The position numbers and the translations under genes are program-made. DNA of 64,000 nt, from the NCBI GenBank assembly GCA_964016885.1, contig OZ024742.1, positions 256,370,001-256,434,000 of the forward strand. The letters run 5' to 3'. The notes under the pieces were generated by a model. That model did no database searches and was not told the DNA's origin. It worked only from the letters and a program-made list of their open reading frames with translations. Positions 25,890-40,998 of this stretch are shown piece by piece; positions within the stretch are counted from its first letter, which is position 1, and each line of letters begins with the position of its first letter. This DNA is from Eledone cirrhosa. Its lineage: Eukaryota.

Positions 25890-26272
25890 CTTATTGAAAT
25901 TGAGAACATGTGGCACCTCAAGGCCCTTACAATACCAGTGATTGTGGGAATGATCAAGAAAGGAACAGAACAATATTTGCTAATGATCCTGGTTTACCTC
26001 TCTGCACGAGGTGCAAAAAATTGTTTTGACTGGTACTGCACACGTATTGAGAAGAGTACTATCTCTGTAAGATTGAAATCCCTCCTTGTATTTACATATG
26101 CATATGCACATGTGTATATATGTATAGTGATTTTTTTTCTTTTTTTAATTATAATCAATGTGCTGTATTAATTGGTTTACCAATGCACACTGTGAATGTA
26201 TTTGCCCTAGGTGTCAGGAAGACACTCGGCATATATCTCAGAAACAATAATGAAAGAAAATAAAAATAATAT

Positions 26273-26305
<33 letters not shown>

Positions 26306-27620
26306 GGATGACGATGATAAGTCTATCTAAATGTGCAGGTAGAAGACAACTTGAAACACTTCTGTAGACAGAATATTGATTTAAAAAAGAAATAGGCATA
26401 ATATTTGAACTAGAAAAATGATAGGGTAACACTGAAGAGAAGAAAAAGTTATCAACACAAAGCAAGAAAATTAGATCAAACAAAGTCATACAAATACTCT
26501 GAAATCAATGAACTAGACAAGATTCAACACACATATGAAAGGAAAGAATAGAAATGTATGCTATAAACATATTAGTTTACTACTTAAAGCAAAACTAAAT
26601 ACACCAAAAAAAGGTAATAGGCATCAATACTCTTGCGATTCAAGAAATAAGCTACAGTTTTATTATTCTGAACTTGAGGCTGGAAGAAATGGCAGGGCTA
26701 GACATAAAGACAAGAATAATAATGATGGCATTTAGAATACATAACCGAACATATGATATAGAATGATTATATCAACAATATTTTAATGTAACCAACGTAG
26801 GACTACAAAATATCTAATGGAAAATAATCTTAATTCAAAGAGAAAAATAGTTTTGTCTTCAAGGAAGCCAAGGCATTAATAAGAGAACCTGAATTGAGTG
26901 GTAGTTAGAAAGAAAATGAATAAAATCCGAAACGATATATTGGAAACCTATCACAAGAATGTCATGCTAAAGTGATGGCAAGAAAGTCCCCTATATTGTC
27001 TAAACTTTGAAAAAACAGAATATAAAGGAAGAAGAAAAGCTATATTTACAAAACCAAGAAAACCTGCACTAAATATTGAGAGTGAAGGATGTTTAATTGC
27101 AGCTCAATATCAATTTTCTCCCACCAGACTACATTAAATGTACACAAGAAGACAGAATACAGTAAGTAATTGTAGAATATTTGGAGCTGGAGAGGAAGCA
27201 CCTAGCGACGTTAACTCTGGGTGCCAATTCATAGCCAAGAAGGCATCATTGAGTTCATATGCACAGGAAATGATATTAAAACTACGAAATACCTACAGAA
27301 AAATATAGAATTGGATTACACCAGAAAACATCACAGAAAATCATAAAGAAACCATATTGTGTGAAATGCCAATACACACATTGAAGATCAAAGTGACCTG
27401 GCCAGATATTTTAGGCAAATACCACAAATAAAAGAATATTCTTCTATCAACCAAATGGAGAAATTATTCAAATACAAAAGATAGAAATAACGCAAATGTT
27501 GATAATGAAAACAGAAACACCCCCTATAATAGTTTGCCAGGGAATGATAAAAAGCAGCATTCAAGAAGATATTGCAACAGAACCCCTGGTTTAGGAATAT
27601 ATACAAAATAGTGAAAATAG
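25890..27620 (+). mobile_element. R4/Dong-like LINE remnants (two pieces)
   Basis: MWHLKALTIPVIVGMIKKG; ESEGCLIAAQ..CRIFGAGEE-like segment. Heavily decayed. Confidence 0.55.
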
Positions 27621-27659
27621 AAATAATAGGCAGTGCATAAAGCCAAGGCACAAATACCT

Positions 27660-28760
27660 GAGTGGATAGATCTGTTCAGCATTGCACAGGTTTGTGTTAC
27701 ATTGACCAAACTCTCGACGACAAGCTTCATACTCTTTGTTAGTAACTTGAGCATAGTCTTAAACTTTGTGTTTAGCAGAGCTATGCGGTGGAAATTACCC
27801 TTTGGGTCTTATTTATTCGTGTCTTTCTTGAAAAGCAGGACCACTATTCGAATCAAAGACCCGGGGAGTCCATCGTTCTGCTACAAGTTGCAGTAGACAT
27901 CTGCCAAGATATAACTGAACAGAATTTGGCAGATACTCGTAAAAATCCTAGAGTGGCCTTTCATGCTGGGTGCTCTGCACCTTACACAGCCGCCTATTGT
28001 CGCCTCAGCTATTGTTATCAAAATATCAAAACATTTCCTATCCATTTATGTGTGTCAGGTCAGACAGTTGAAGTGGGCACTAGGGAGAAACATTGTCTCC
28101 GTTCCATCACTCACCCTGAATATTTACACAAAAATGTTGGACGACCTCGTGCATCTGCCAAGAGCCGAGCAGCTCCTACCCTCTGGGTTTGTCTAACATC
28201 AAATTGTGGCTTTATTGACAAGTCGCACCTCCAACACTCGGGCTCATTGAACGTCTTTCATTTCTTCGTGTCTTAAGACATATACCTTTGCTCTCACAAC
28301 GCAGCCTTCTAGTTTCGCATTAAGAAATTGTCATGGGACATTTTCACCACTAGCAGAATGCTCAAGCTACCTTTTCTAATGTACTTAATGGCTCTCCCTC
28401 TAGTCTATTTAACTTCATTTATATAGCGTTTCCTTTATCAGTAAACATAAGAAAAAGCCGATCTACGTATGTACTGGAGAACCTACTGTAGTTATTCCAT
28501 GTCCATGCTGATATATTCGCAAAATCCGGTGGTTACCTGCCAGGTGGAAACGTCTGAACAGGTTTGTGTAGTCACTAATGGTTAATCCCACACAATCATG
28601 AAAGTAAACTCCAATCTATCCCCCCAGTATTAGTAGTCAGAACGTTCCTAGGAAATTTTCTAGCTGCCGGAAGTGTTTCGATCGACCTACTCTGGTTGGG
28701 GTCACTAGTTGAAATCGCTACCTTCGCTGCTCTTTACAACTAACAACCCCGCTTTACCGA
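27660..28760 (-). mobile_element. Old Tx1-type ORF2 remnant
   Basis: Reverse translation gives GNFHRIALLNTKFK; DNA similarity to copies A and B (CAAGTTGCAGTAGAC, GCAGCCTTC..TTTCGCATTAAGAA). Confidence 0.65.
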
Positions 28761-30183
28761 GTGGGGAAGTAGTTGTTTTAAAAAAAAATAATTGGCTGTC
28801 AAACAGAACATTGTCTTTGACATTCTAGAGCAGTTGTTATCTATTTTCCTCTTCCGTCATGCGCTTGTGTTGGTTTTCCTTCCTCGATTTCATCACACGC
28901 ACACATTTTCCGTTTTAGATAAATCTGAGGCAGTGGAGTCGGGGTGGACATCTTTATCAGTATGTGTCATTATCTGCGTTTGGCAGTGGATAGATTTCTG
29001 TAGGGTTTAATTTTGGTAGATAAGTTAATACGTCCTACTTGGGATTTTCTGTTGTTCATTGGTGATGCTGTTGCTGTTACCAACCATAATCCCTTTTATC
29101 TCCCATGGCACATCTTTTTCCATATATATTGGGATTAAGAATAATTTTTCTTCCGGGGATTGATAGTTTGAGACCTCGCTTCATTTTCTATAACAAATCA
29201 AACTCCTATAATCCTGTATACCATTCCTCTTGAAACAATTTTTTTTAAAATCCCATACCTACTTTAATTCCCGTTGAGGTTCCAAAAGAAATTCATTCTT
29301 TCAAAGTTTATTACGGAGATTTCTACATTAGTTGGTAATCGTACATGTTTGTACAGTCAAAATAACGTCTTCCGGCAATGTTAACTGTATTAGACGTTCC
29401 GCTTCTCTGAAAGTGGCCAAATTCAACTTCCTGTCTTTCACTGCCTATGCTCTGACGTTATGTCTGCTTTTTCTTTGTTATTGGTATTGGTATTCTTGTT
29501 ATTGTTGTTGTTGGCGACGATGATGTTGCAGATTCTGCTACTTCACACCATAGTAGGTAAACTTCTTTTGAAATCTCTAAATATGTTGATTATGTTGCGA
29601 TTGATGTTGTTGTTGGTGTTGATTTTGCTGATGGTGATGCTCTCTATTTGTTTTTGTAGTAGTAACAACTACAATTACTACTAACTTTAGCCACTATAGC
29701 CTTGCTATTAACTTCATCAACACTAGCTGCAAACGTTGAACAATTTTGCTGTTGTCGGGTTTATGGAAATGCCAATAAGTCCTTTCCTCTACTTTCCCAT
29801 ACAGCCAGAGCTGCCCCTCTTTTCATTAATTAATTTGTGTTTATGTTGTTTTTCATATCTCAAACATTGTATAACGTATTTTTGTAAAATATAGTCGACA
29901 TGATATGATTATTAAGAGAAAGTCAAAATAAAGACTACTATTCTCCCTTTAAAAAATTGACTTGTAACGGACTAAAACACTGGTTCTACGGTGATTGGAA
30001 GGATGATACTTTACCGGCAGATGATGTATCTTCTTACGTAACGTATACTACCGAGATTCTTTGATAATTGGCGATAAAAGTGGAACAGTAGACATAACCA
30101 GCGGAGCAAACATTATGTGGTGGTCATGGCTTGACAACAACAACAACAACAGCTAATAATAATAATAATAATCATAATAATAA

Positions 30184-30300
30184 TAATTGTTTCTACTTTA
30201 GGCACAAGGCCAGCAATCACTTTATTTTATCGACCCCGTAAGGATGAAAGGCAAAGTCAACCTCGGCGGGATTTGAACTCAGATCGTAAAGGGACGTAAC
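30184..30300 (-). mobile_element. Deu/Nin-like SINE, 5'-truncated
   Basis: Tail, core and B box are present; the head is cut off by the (AAT)n tail of the adjacent LINE. Confidence 0.8.
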
Positions 30301-30335
<35 letters not shown>

Positions 30336-30337
<2 letters not shown>

Positions 30338-30790
30338 CTTTCTTTATTAACCACAAGGGTTTACACAAAGTAAACAGTAAGATCAGTACAGGACAATACA
30401 GGGCGGTACAAATGGGCATTTCTGCGTGTAAAAAAACAAAAAAATAAAGGATGTAACAAAAAAAAAGAACAATGAAAAATTCCCCAATAGGGGTGGGGGG
30501 AGATTTCCGAGGGCCATTGTGGAGAAAGCCCATTAAAAAAGCCACGGTAACTCTGATCACCAGGGCAAGTGCCCTCTCCCAGTTTTCCACATTCAATTTA
30601 CAGGCATATACTCAGAGTAGGTCCATTGACTCAGGCCATTCTTGCCTCTCTCACCCATCTTTCAACAACATGGTGGGAAGAGAGCGCTTTCCTCTCTACC
30701 CTGATTTTCCTTTTCAAATGAAATTTGAAAAAGTTAATCAGGGCATCAATGAAGAGGTAGAAAGGAAGTGTATCTTTGCTAACATTTAAG
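30336..30790 (-). mobile_element. Tx1-type LINE 3' fragment D (same family as copy A)
   Basis: Closely matches 18185-18606; (AAT)n tail at 30302-30335. Confidence 0.88.
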
Positions 30791-33589
30791 GATAGATATT
30801 GAATAAAGCTGGCGTTTAAACATAATTATTAAATTCCGTATGAGATACCTCATTAACAATTCACTTCTCTGCATGATACTTATCGTCTTAATGGGATTGT
30901 TTCGGCTAAGTAGGGTTTTAAGATAACCTGTCAATCACAGTGACAATTTCAACAATTACAATATCATTTTTGCTGCACATCACAACTTAAGAAGTGAAAT
31001 TACCTTTAGAAATGGAAAACCACTTGTCTTCACAAACCTCTCCTCTCACGCAGAATAATCTCCATTTATGCTCGGACAGATTTACAGACATAGACACACA
31101 GACACACACACATATACTCATACATTCTCTCCACACACACACACACCCATATATATATACATATATATGTCTGTGTATGTGTCTATATATATATATATAT
31201 ATCTGTATGTATGTATCTGTGTGTGTGCGTGTGTATGTGAGTGTATATATACATGTGTCTATGTGTACATATATACGTATTATACCTATGAGTGCGTATG
31301 TGCTTATATATTTAATTTATACCATATATTGTTATATGCGTACACATACATATTGCGCGCACAAATGCCTATATGTACAGTTAAGAAATAATAAACGAAT
31401 AAAATAAAGATCCGTAAATGAAGAACCATTTCACTTTTCAGCATCTTACTAGCGTTAACTCAAGTCTTAAACACTCGATAACTTCTAAGTGTTGCCCCTC
31501 TCAAAATCGACATTTCCTTATGAGAACCTGAAGAAGAATGATAGCTGTCAAATGGAGAAAAAATCCTATTAATCTACAATGAATAGGGTAAATATTATAG
31601 TAATACATTTTTCGCATGCAACCACTGTTCATGGTGCGATACATAATTCATATAATTTCGCATAACGTTATATTCGTCTATTAGTTTCTAATCGAACGGT
31701 AATGGCGGATTTCAATTCCATCAATAGAAATATCCATTTATTTTTATGTATTTATTTTCTATTATTATTTTCTCTTTCTCTCTCCCACACTCCGTCTCTT
31801 TATTATTTTTTATAAAATATTTCTATATAAGTCTATAATAATCGTAACACTTAAGGTTAAAAGCATCTCCATATTGAATGTATTTCTATCCGTATTACCC
31901 CCAACCTAACCAGACTATTATGTTGATTATGACAATTAATAAAAAAAATGACTTCAATATAAAACAATTTAGGGATCATTGGTAAGAAATCTAAATAAAT
32001 CAATCGAAACAGATTTTGTTCAACCGCTTACCGGTTTGCTAATGTATTGATAATTACAATACGGAAAACGTTTCCACAACGCTTGTTTACGTTGAACATT
32101 TTGAGAAGCAAACAATTGCATTTGTCAATAAATGTAGTATAAAGGGGATGAAGAAAGCCTTATCTTCTGGTGGAGTCGTAGATGCACCGTGTGACACACT
32201 GCTGGTTTGGGGCATTTTAGTTTTAGCAGAATTTATTCCTATCCAGCTCTGAACACAGTTGTTTTCGTCTGGGAGGAGAGGGAGAATGAGTAGAAATCAT
32301 GAAGAGTGACAAAGGAAGATTCAATGGCCAGTACTAGACTGGTACTTTCTTTATGAAACTCAAAAAGAGGAAAGGTAAATGTGTCATCGAAAGGAATTGA
32401 ACTAAGAGCGAAGAGCGCCAGAACAAATACTGACTCATTTAATTCGAAGCTTTAAGCATGCTGCCGAGTCACCATCCTTTGAACATATTGAGCACTAATT
32501 CGCTTAATTTACTTAATTATATGTAATAATGTTTAATATTAATATTCTTAGCTAAAGATTTTGCAATGTTTGATGTCAATAGAAGAGACGCAGAATATCG
32601 TCTGAGAAAGATAAGAAAGAAATCGTCAGTGATAAATATTCATTTGAATAATTATGATTTTGCTGCTTTGTCTAACTCGACCTTATTCATTGTTAACTTT
32701 TGTCGTGACATATTCCTTATCGAATAGGAACAAGTATAATCTAATTATGATAAGTATAAATGGAACTTCGGGGTTACGATGATGAGTGTTCCAGTTGATA
32801 CGGTCAAAAGAAAACACTGCTGTGTAATTAAGGTGCAATTCGCTGAAACTTCCACAGGCACGCATACTCTAAGTGTAATTGTCAGATAAATTATGTATGA
32901 CACAACATGCGACAAGGCTGGCAATTTGAATTACCTTTAAATCTCATTTTTGCAAGTTGTGTAGACTGGAGCAACGTGACAAAAAGGGTCATGTTGAAGA
33001 GCACAACGCGTTTCCGTAAACCGAACTTATGACCATACGATTTGTGTTGAATATCCTAACCACTAAACCACGTAACCTCACTTATTCTAAGCGTTCGCGT
33101 ATTACACACACACATGAACACACACACACATACACACACCCCATATATATATATAGCTGTATAAATATATATATATATATATATATTACTACTTAGACTC
33201 CATCCTAGACTTACTTACGTACATACGTAAGAACTTCTGCCATCCCATATAGTCCTCATACATTTGTTCATAAATATCAGCAAACGGACCTCTAACTTCA
33301 GTTTGAGACAAGCTATCTCCGATAGCGCAGTCCAATACTATGATAAACATTTACTCAATATTGGTTTCTAAAAGGATATATCCTACTCTTTGGTTCCTCC
33401 CTCCCTTTTATTTGGGTGTCTAATGTCATAGATACAAAATTCATTCTAGGACTAAATGCCTCCAGATTTGAAACCGCCGCACTAGTAATATAAGAAACTG
33501 ATAATATAACAAACTGTGGTCTCTTCGTTGACTCAACACCACTGAAAAGAATCCTAGAAATATGTAAGTGTATCAGAATGTCATTTGAA

Positions 33590-33700
33590 AAACCACTTCT
33601 TTAATCATGAAACGACAGTCAGATATCCAAATAAAAAAGAACACAACAAATTTGTCGAATAAAATATGGCAACTCAAAGAAAAGAACATAGAAACTGTAG
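33590..33700 (+). mobile_element. Penelope-like GIY-YIG fragment
   Basis: KNTTNLSNKIWQLKEKNI resembles TKLADLIWNLKDRNI at 3.7 kb. Confidence 0.5.
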
Positions 33701-34619
33701 ATTATGCAATGATGAAATATGGTGGAAATAGATTCATCTTCAACATAACAACAGGCTGTTTAACACATGCAATGATTTCTCCTCGGATGACCCAAGGCAA
33801 CGAAATAGTGTTTTAAAGAACTAGCCTCCTTAATAATTTAATATGTAATTTGTTCCCAAAAATAATTTGTTTGTAACTTAGTGGTGGTTCCCCATAAGAA
33901 CAACAGCTTGTTGAAGTCTCTTTTAGGTCCGAAAGTCCTTCCTTTACCTCTCGAATTTCAAGCCTGTTAACCTCCCTATTCGATCACTATTCTATCTTCC
34001 TTCTTTTAACTAAGTAATTTCCGGTCAAAATCATTCGGCATAGGTTGAATAAGTTCGCTCTCCAAGCCAATGAAACACACGTTCCAGGTAAGGTGCGTTA
34101 TAGGAACTGGCCTTAACAATTACATTAAAACGCTTCCTACTGACTAGAGATGCACTATAACTAGGATATCTCAACCGAGCTGTTAGGACCAGCACACACA
34201 CGCGCGGTTGCTTGCATATATATATATATATATACATATCTGTGTGTGTGTGTGTTTTGGGTATGTGTTTGTATACATTTAAATATACACACACTTGATC
34301 TGTGTCAGAAGTTGATGTTACTGCATAGTCCCAGAAAACAGATTGACGAGACGCACTGAACAACTCGGTGCAACTCATTCTATTTCCATACAACCCCTCG
34401 TCGATTCTGATTTCACACCAGTCAACTATTGATTTTGTATTCATCATGCCGAGATCGATAAAATAATATTGAAGTAATATATGAAGTCGATTCAATAGGC
34501 TGCATCGGTTCGTTACAGTAATATATTCTCCGTTAAAGAAGAAATTGCTGCTGTTATTAGTTATGTAGGTTAGCGAAAGTAGAATTAATACTATCTTTAA
34601 CCTAACATAATAATATTTT

Positions 34620-35350
34620 TCAACACAGCCTTACACCGCATCACCAGCCCCATAACCACACCATCACCAGCCCCATAACGACACCATCACCAGCATGACC
34701 ATATCACACTATCACCACTACCATCATTATCATCATCACCATCCTCATCACTATTAACATCACCATCACAATCTCTACCAACACCATCACCACGAACATC
34801 AACACCTTCATTATCATCCTCAACACAATCATCATCATCAACATCATCATCAGCAGCAGCATCATGATCATCGCCTTTAAAATTATCATCAAACAAAATC
34901 GTCGGACAAAATTCTTTGCGGAAATTGTTCCGATTCTTTAAGTTCTGAGTTCAAATTTCGTCGAGGCAAATTTCATCCTTTCGCAGTCGATAAAATAAAA
35001 TACCAGTCACTTAATGTTGTCGATTAAATCAAATTTCCTTTCCTCCACCAGTTTCCTGATCTTGAGACTTCATCAGATACCACCACAACCATCATCACCA
35101 GAATTATTCATACACCCTTCCTCCCCCTCCTTCTCATCATGATAATGATGATGATCATCGTCAGTATAACTATTAGTATTAGGATTAGTAGTGATACTAG
35201 TAATATTAGTAGTAGCAGCAGTAGCAGTAGTAGTAGTAGTAGTAGTAGTAGAAGAAAACGATGAAGTGGCAGTAGTAGTATTAACTGCAGTAGTAGTAGT
35301 ATTAGTATTAGTAGTAGTAGTAGTAGTACTAGCAGCAGCAGCAGCAGCAA
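34620..35350. repeat. Compound trinucleotide repeats (CAT/CAC and TAG/CAG) around an old SINE at ~34930-35040
   Basis: Direct reading; SINE core TTCATCCTTTCGCAGTCGATAAAATAAAATACCAG. Confidence 0.8.
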
Positions 35351-36449
35351 CAGAGTACCAGCGACAGCCGTCAGAAGTAATATATACAATCCTATTTAAA
35401 CGTCGACGTGGTTAGGCTATATTAATCGATTCTGCCTAACAACCTAAACCTAAGACACACAGTCCATCCAATAACAAAGACAGCTTCCCACATAGTAATT
35501 ACAAACAAGCGACTGTGATGATACAAAACCTAGGATGGTTGTTAGCTCTTACTTTCACACATGTCTACAATGATATGGTATATCCACTAGATGCTCACTA
35601 ATGCAGATTTCCATTCTTCCTTTCATGCAACGTACAATTTATTAGGCAAAAGAAGAAGTTAACAATCACTTGCAACAATAATTTACGTTGTACCAATAGC
35701 ATTTTATTTAGCTACCTATATATCTACCTACACACCAAGATATTGGACATCGAACAGAATGGGGAGTAAATATCGATTTTTATTCGTAATCGAATTAGAT
35801 ATACTATTCTGTTTTCGATCGATAACACGCATGTGATTTTAATAACAGCTGACAAGCATTGGCAAGCATTGGATAGCATTGACCTTAGGTGGCCAAGACA
35901 TACACGGATTCACATACATTCAGTATTCTGCAGTCATACACTCATATGATTTCACTGAATATACAAACCTCACGCAGACACGTCAACCTGCACACAGGCA
36001 CGCACAACCCTCATACAGACATACGACAACCCCCACACAGATACGTTACATCATACACACTGACAAATAACAACCCGCACACAAACACATATGTCTGTAT
36101 ATATGATATTTTGTTTAATTTTATTAAGTTGTTACCCAGACAGAAAGAGATGGGAGAGAAGTGAGAGAGACAGAGAAGCTTTCATTGAAATTTAGATATC
36201 AACTACGATATTATGTAAGTATGTATGTAACTATGTATGTATGTTCTTCTGATTTTATAATTTCATAAATTATGTGTGTATGTATGAAGATATAAATGTC
36301 ATCGCTTGTACGGGTGAGTATTTTTTGAATTATAAGTGCACATATACATGTTTCCATATCTATACCTGAATATATTTATAAAATTAGATACTAAATTAGT
36401 GGAATGTTTTACATAATTAGCCAGTGGTATAAATGGACTGTACTCGCAA

Positions 36450-37560
36450 TGTCATAATCAGCTGTTATTTCTCTGGTCACGTGGAACCCGTCTTAATCAC
36501 ATCTGAATAGGAGAAGTGGCATAAGTGCAGTAAATTCCCGAGCTGTGTTTATTATTAGGTACAGTGCGAGATTTCAAAAAAGCAATGAAAACAAGCAAAA
36601 CAAAATAGATAGAAAGACAAGGAAATTAATGATTACCTACAGTATGTTTCACAAAAAGTATGATGTTGATAAATTGTACATGAGGAGATTTGAAAGTGGA
36701 AGAGAGATAATCAGCACGGACGACTGTCTTCCGACGGAGAAGAGCTGTCTAAACAAATATGTGAGAGTACTGCTTAAGATTGCATTAAAGGAGGAGATAA
36801 TAGACCACACGATGTCCCAGAAGGAAAATCAAAGAGGAAGAATAACCTGAATGAAAATAACCTTCATAACATCTTTTTAAAGAAAAGAGAATTTAGATAC
36901 CGGCAAACATGGAATTGGTTAAATAAAAGGGTCCTTAACAAAGCCAGAGAGGAAATGATACTGGCTGCACAGGGCCAAGCCCTTATATCAAAGTGGATGA
37001 AAAACGACATTGACAAGGAGGAGGCTAGCCTGCTCTGTAGGATCGGCGGGGGGTGAGAAGATACTGTGGCTCACATCGTATTGGAGTGTAAACATCAAGT
37101 CCAGACTCACTATAAAGTATGGAGTCATAATATCGTACAAAAAGTAATTCACTGACATTCAGGCAACCTAATGAAATTACCTCATTATGTGAAGTAGTAT
37201 GGGCATAAGTCAGAGTTAGCGATATAAATGGACAAATACTTAAAACACACTAGGCCTGTCCTGGTGGTTTTTGACAGGGAAAACAAATATTGTTTGATTA
37301 TGGATGAACTTGCTCCCTTTAAAGAATAATGTAAGTAAAGGAGAAGGAGAGAATTAACCGGTATCAAGATCTAAATTTGGAACTGAAAATGATTACATCT
37401 CTCATGAGATGAAGGTCGTCACCATCGACATAGGAGGACCAGGTACTATCTCTAAGAGCTTCTAAGGCTGGTTAAATCACATTAGCAGGAGACCCATTTT
37501 TGGAACACTCCACATGGCATGCCTACTGGGAACAGCAAGCCTGCATCGATAATATCTGAA
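36450..37560 (+). mobile_element. R4/Dong-like LINE remnant
   Basis: IDRKTRKLMITYSMFHKKYDVDKLYMRR..GR; ILAAQGQAL; CRI....EDTVAHIVLEC; RPVLVVFD. Confidence 0.75.
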
Positions 37561-37629
37561 GCTGCATGCTGCTAATTAGGGAACATTTTTTGGTTAAATA
37601 ACTATAACTGATATATCAAGGTAATAATT

Positions 37630-37990
37630 TTTTCTACATTTGACATAAAGCCAGCAATTATCCCAGTACATTAATGGTACTTTAGTTTATTGACCACATA
37701 CGGATGAAAGAGAAACTTAAACTCGGCACTATATGAACACGGAACACAAAGGGCCATAATTCTATGATGCAAAACAAGGTTTTCTGATGCTGTACCGGTC
37801 CTGCCAAAATAATTTCTGATTTAGGCACAAGTCCTACAATTTTGTAAGAGTAGAACGTCGATTAAATCGATTGGTGCTTCATTTTATCGACCCCGTAAGG
37901 ATGAAAGGCAAAGCTAACCACGGTGGGATTTGAAATGAGAACGAACACGGTCGTACCAATATGCCACAAAAGCATCTTGTATGACACTTT
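37630..37990 (-). mobile_element. Two older Deu/Nin-like SINE copies
   Basis: Core ATCGACCCCGTAAGGATGAAAGGCAAAG and tails. Confidence 0.7.
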
Positions 37991-38009
37991 ACCGCTTTCT
38001 AATTACAAC

Positions 38010-38630
38010 ACAATATCAAACCTTCCCACCAGAGAATACTCGAAATACATAATGCAGCTAAACGCAGTAAGTAACTGCAGAATATGTAATGATGGGGAAA
38101 AATCAATTAACCATATTATCTAAGGCTGCCTAGTCTTACATAAAAAATATATGCACAGGTATGATAGTGAAGGGATTTACATGCATTTTAATTCATGGTA
38201 ATATTTCTACTTATCAACAGAAAAAGGTAGTACACGCATACAGCAGAAAAGTTATTAAATAATTACAAAACACCTATACATTTGGGATATGACAAGCCGA
38301 TAAAAACAGATAGACGATCAAAGCCAATCGACCGGGTATTCTAGTCAAAATCTACAAAGAAAAAAATGTCCTTTAATTGATGTATCTATTCCCTCGGACA
38401 ATAATATATCCATCAAGGTGAAATTATTTAAGTAGAAAGATCTGGAGATAGAAGTAACCTGAATGAAGATGTTAAGAAGAGAAAGAATCCCTATAATAAT
38501 AGGTGCTACGAGAATGATAAAAAAACACACACACACAGAGATACACACTACAAAGAGTACACACAATAACATAGAAATACCAACGCCATATCCAATACTG
38601 CATGTACCCATGGCATAGACAGCTGAGTCC
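38010..38630 (+). mobile_element. R4/Dong-like LINE 3' remnant
   Basis: NCRICNDGEKSINHII; WDM...KTDRRSK.NRP; LIDVSIP.D.N. Confidence 0.7.
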
Positions 38631-38679
38631 GGTAATGCAGTAAAACTACGCAACCAAAATAAGACTATTAATAACAATA

Positions 38680-40455
38680 TTTTCATTAGATTCACAGGTT
38701 GACATTAACGGCACAGGTCGAGAGTATGGGGTTTTCTCTGTAAAAATTCGTTACAAAACTTAAAAGAAAAAAACATTAAAATAATCAAACAAATATAATT
38801 CCACGATCGTGCGGGGAATTCTGAGTGTCACTCGTGTAGAAAGCCACAAAAGCCACTGTCCCTTTGACAGCGAAGGCAATTTCCCTCTCACAGTTGTCCT
38901 CCTCCAGTCAACATGCACATAGTCAGAGCAGGCCCTTTCCCTCTGGCAAAAGCGTTTTGGGAGGAGGCACTTTTTTCCGTTTTAATATCTTCTTCAAGTG
39001 AAATCTGGACTGAAGAGTAAGGTTCTTGTCATCAACACTTTCATTTGCATTGGCCACCAGGCACATACACATTGCATGTCCATCCTCACTAAAAGAAGAC
39101 GGTGGTGTGATCGAAATAAATCCACTTGATAAATGGATCCGACCGAGACGTGACAGAAAGTACTCGACATATATCCACAACTCAGCAATACACACACACT
39201 CGTCAAGTCTGTGAAGGAAGGTTTCATCGACATGCACGCATCAAAGACAGGACTGGCTGATGGCACTGCCGTGCCTGTGGAGATTATCTTGAACTGGAAA
39301 TACTACGGGTAGCAATACCTGGCCGGAGATTCAAGTAATTTATTCATAGGCACTGAATCGAATGTCCTACGGAGAAGAGTTGGTAGTTTATTAATGCCCC
39401 CAAGTATCGATGGCCGACCCTATTGAAATGCTTTGATTGATCTTCGTTTATCGGGAACCATCCCATGCCAGTTTACGTAGCCATTCTATCTATGATGGCA
39501 TTATTCGAATGGCACTATTCGGAATGGGACATTTCTTTCCTTCCTCTATCAGACCATTAACAACAAGCACTAATGTCATCACTAATACCTTAGCAAATGA
39601 TTTGAGCTGTATGATTGGCAGAATTATGGGCCTAAATGTTTCCTTTTCCAGAAAAACCATCGCCCCTCGACTCACAACTCTAAATTCTTCCTTTCTGCTA
39701 CCAGGTGAAATATTCTTTGCCAGCATGTCAACAAACAAGTCTGGCATGTAAGTTAAATGCTCAAAGGGCAGACCATTCAATCAGATGATTCCGGTCTTTT
39801 ACAGCTAGTTATAACCCCCCCACCCCACCCCCACCCCCTATCATGGAAATAGTTATTGGCTTTTTGCAGATCTAGATTCGATGTGGATGACCATGTCCAC
39901 ATTGTCATATTCAGGAAATGCTCTCAAAAATTACCAGACATTTGGAAATATCTTAGCACCTTTGTGAGGTTTCGCCACGCATCTCCTTTATTTGCTGGCC
40001 CCAGGAAGTCACAGTGTCCATCTAAAATGTCATGCCAGCCGCCCACTAAAAGCAACGTTCAGGACATTCCAAGAAAGGCTTCAAGGCACCTGATGCAATA
40101 AGCCCATCTGCCCCTGTTGGGGATTAGACAGCCAATAGCCTGAAAGCATACAAATTATCGCTGGTTCCGTCCAAGATGACGAATTCTAGGTCAGGGAAGA
40201 TATTACATATCCTTTGATCCAAACCTTTCTGAAACAACACAGTAACTGCGCCTCCAGATTCCGGACAGCTTAGAGATGAGATTACCTCATAGTAACGAAA
40301 ATGGAGGGGAAGTCTCGAGCCTCGGAAATCTTGGTTTCGCTGATGGCCACCACATCTATGTTCAGCGAGCTGTGGTCACTACGCCGGTGGCCGTACTTCG
40401 AAAACGATTTAAGGCCACGTACCTGTATGCTGCATTATCTGAGTAAAGCCATGTT
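38680..40455 (-). mobile_element. Old Tx1-type LINE ORF2 with large deletions
   Basis: QVRGL..IDVVAISETKI (APE start); GLPFE..MPDLF; FRPIILP; ELWIYVEYFLSR. Confidence 0.8.
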
Positions 40456-40904
40456 TGACGAAGAGGAAGAATAAATGGGTAGGAGTTCGTTTAACAATCA
40501 AATTTATTTGGTTCAGTCCTACTGGGGGTTATATTGCGGAGTGTCATCATCTACGTCGAGGGGATGAACAGTACTTTGTGAGTGGAATTTGTTAAAAGCA
40601 CACCGTGCACAAACAAACACACTTATATACATATAAGTGATTGTGTGAGAGCGAGTGTGTCTGTCAATCCTTATGTTTACGTCTCTGTCTGTCTATGTTT
40701 ATATTCCATAACTCATCGGATAGATAATAAAGAGACTGATGAAATAAGTACGGCCATAGACATGATTAATTATATAAAACATATTGCTCCAGCGTGGTTG
40801 CATTCTAATTCTTGAAAACAGCAAGAGCAAAATAGATCCCCCCTCTCTCTGTCTTTCCTTCTAACTCTCCATATACAAACGCACACACACACACACACAC
40901 ACAT

Positions 40905-40998
<94 letters not shown>

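Noticed and set aside
33780-33815. Hammerhead-like CGGATGA...GAAA downstream of a PLE fragment
   Set aside because: The core is mutated and the stems do not pair convincingly.
34687-35415. Asp-rich, Met-rich and Leu-rich ORFs
   Set aside because: They are products of trinucleotide repeats.
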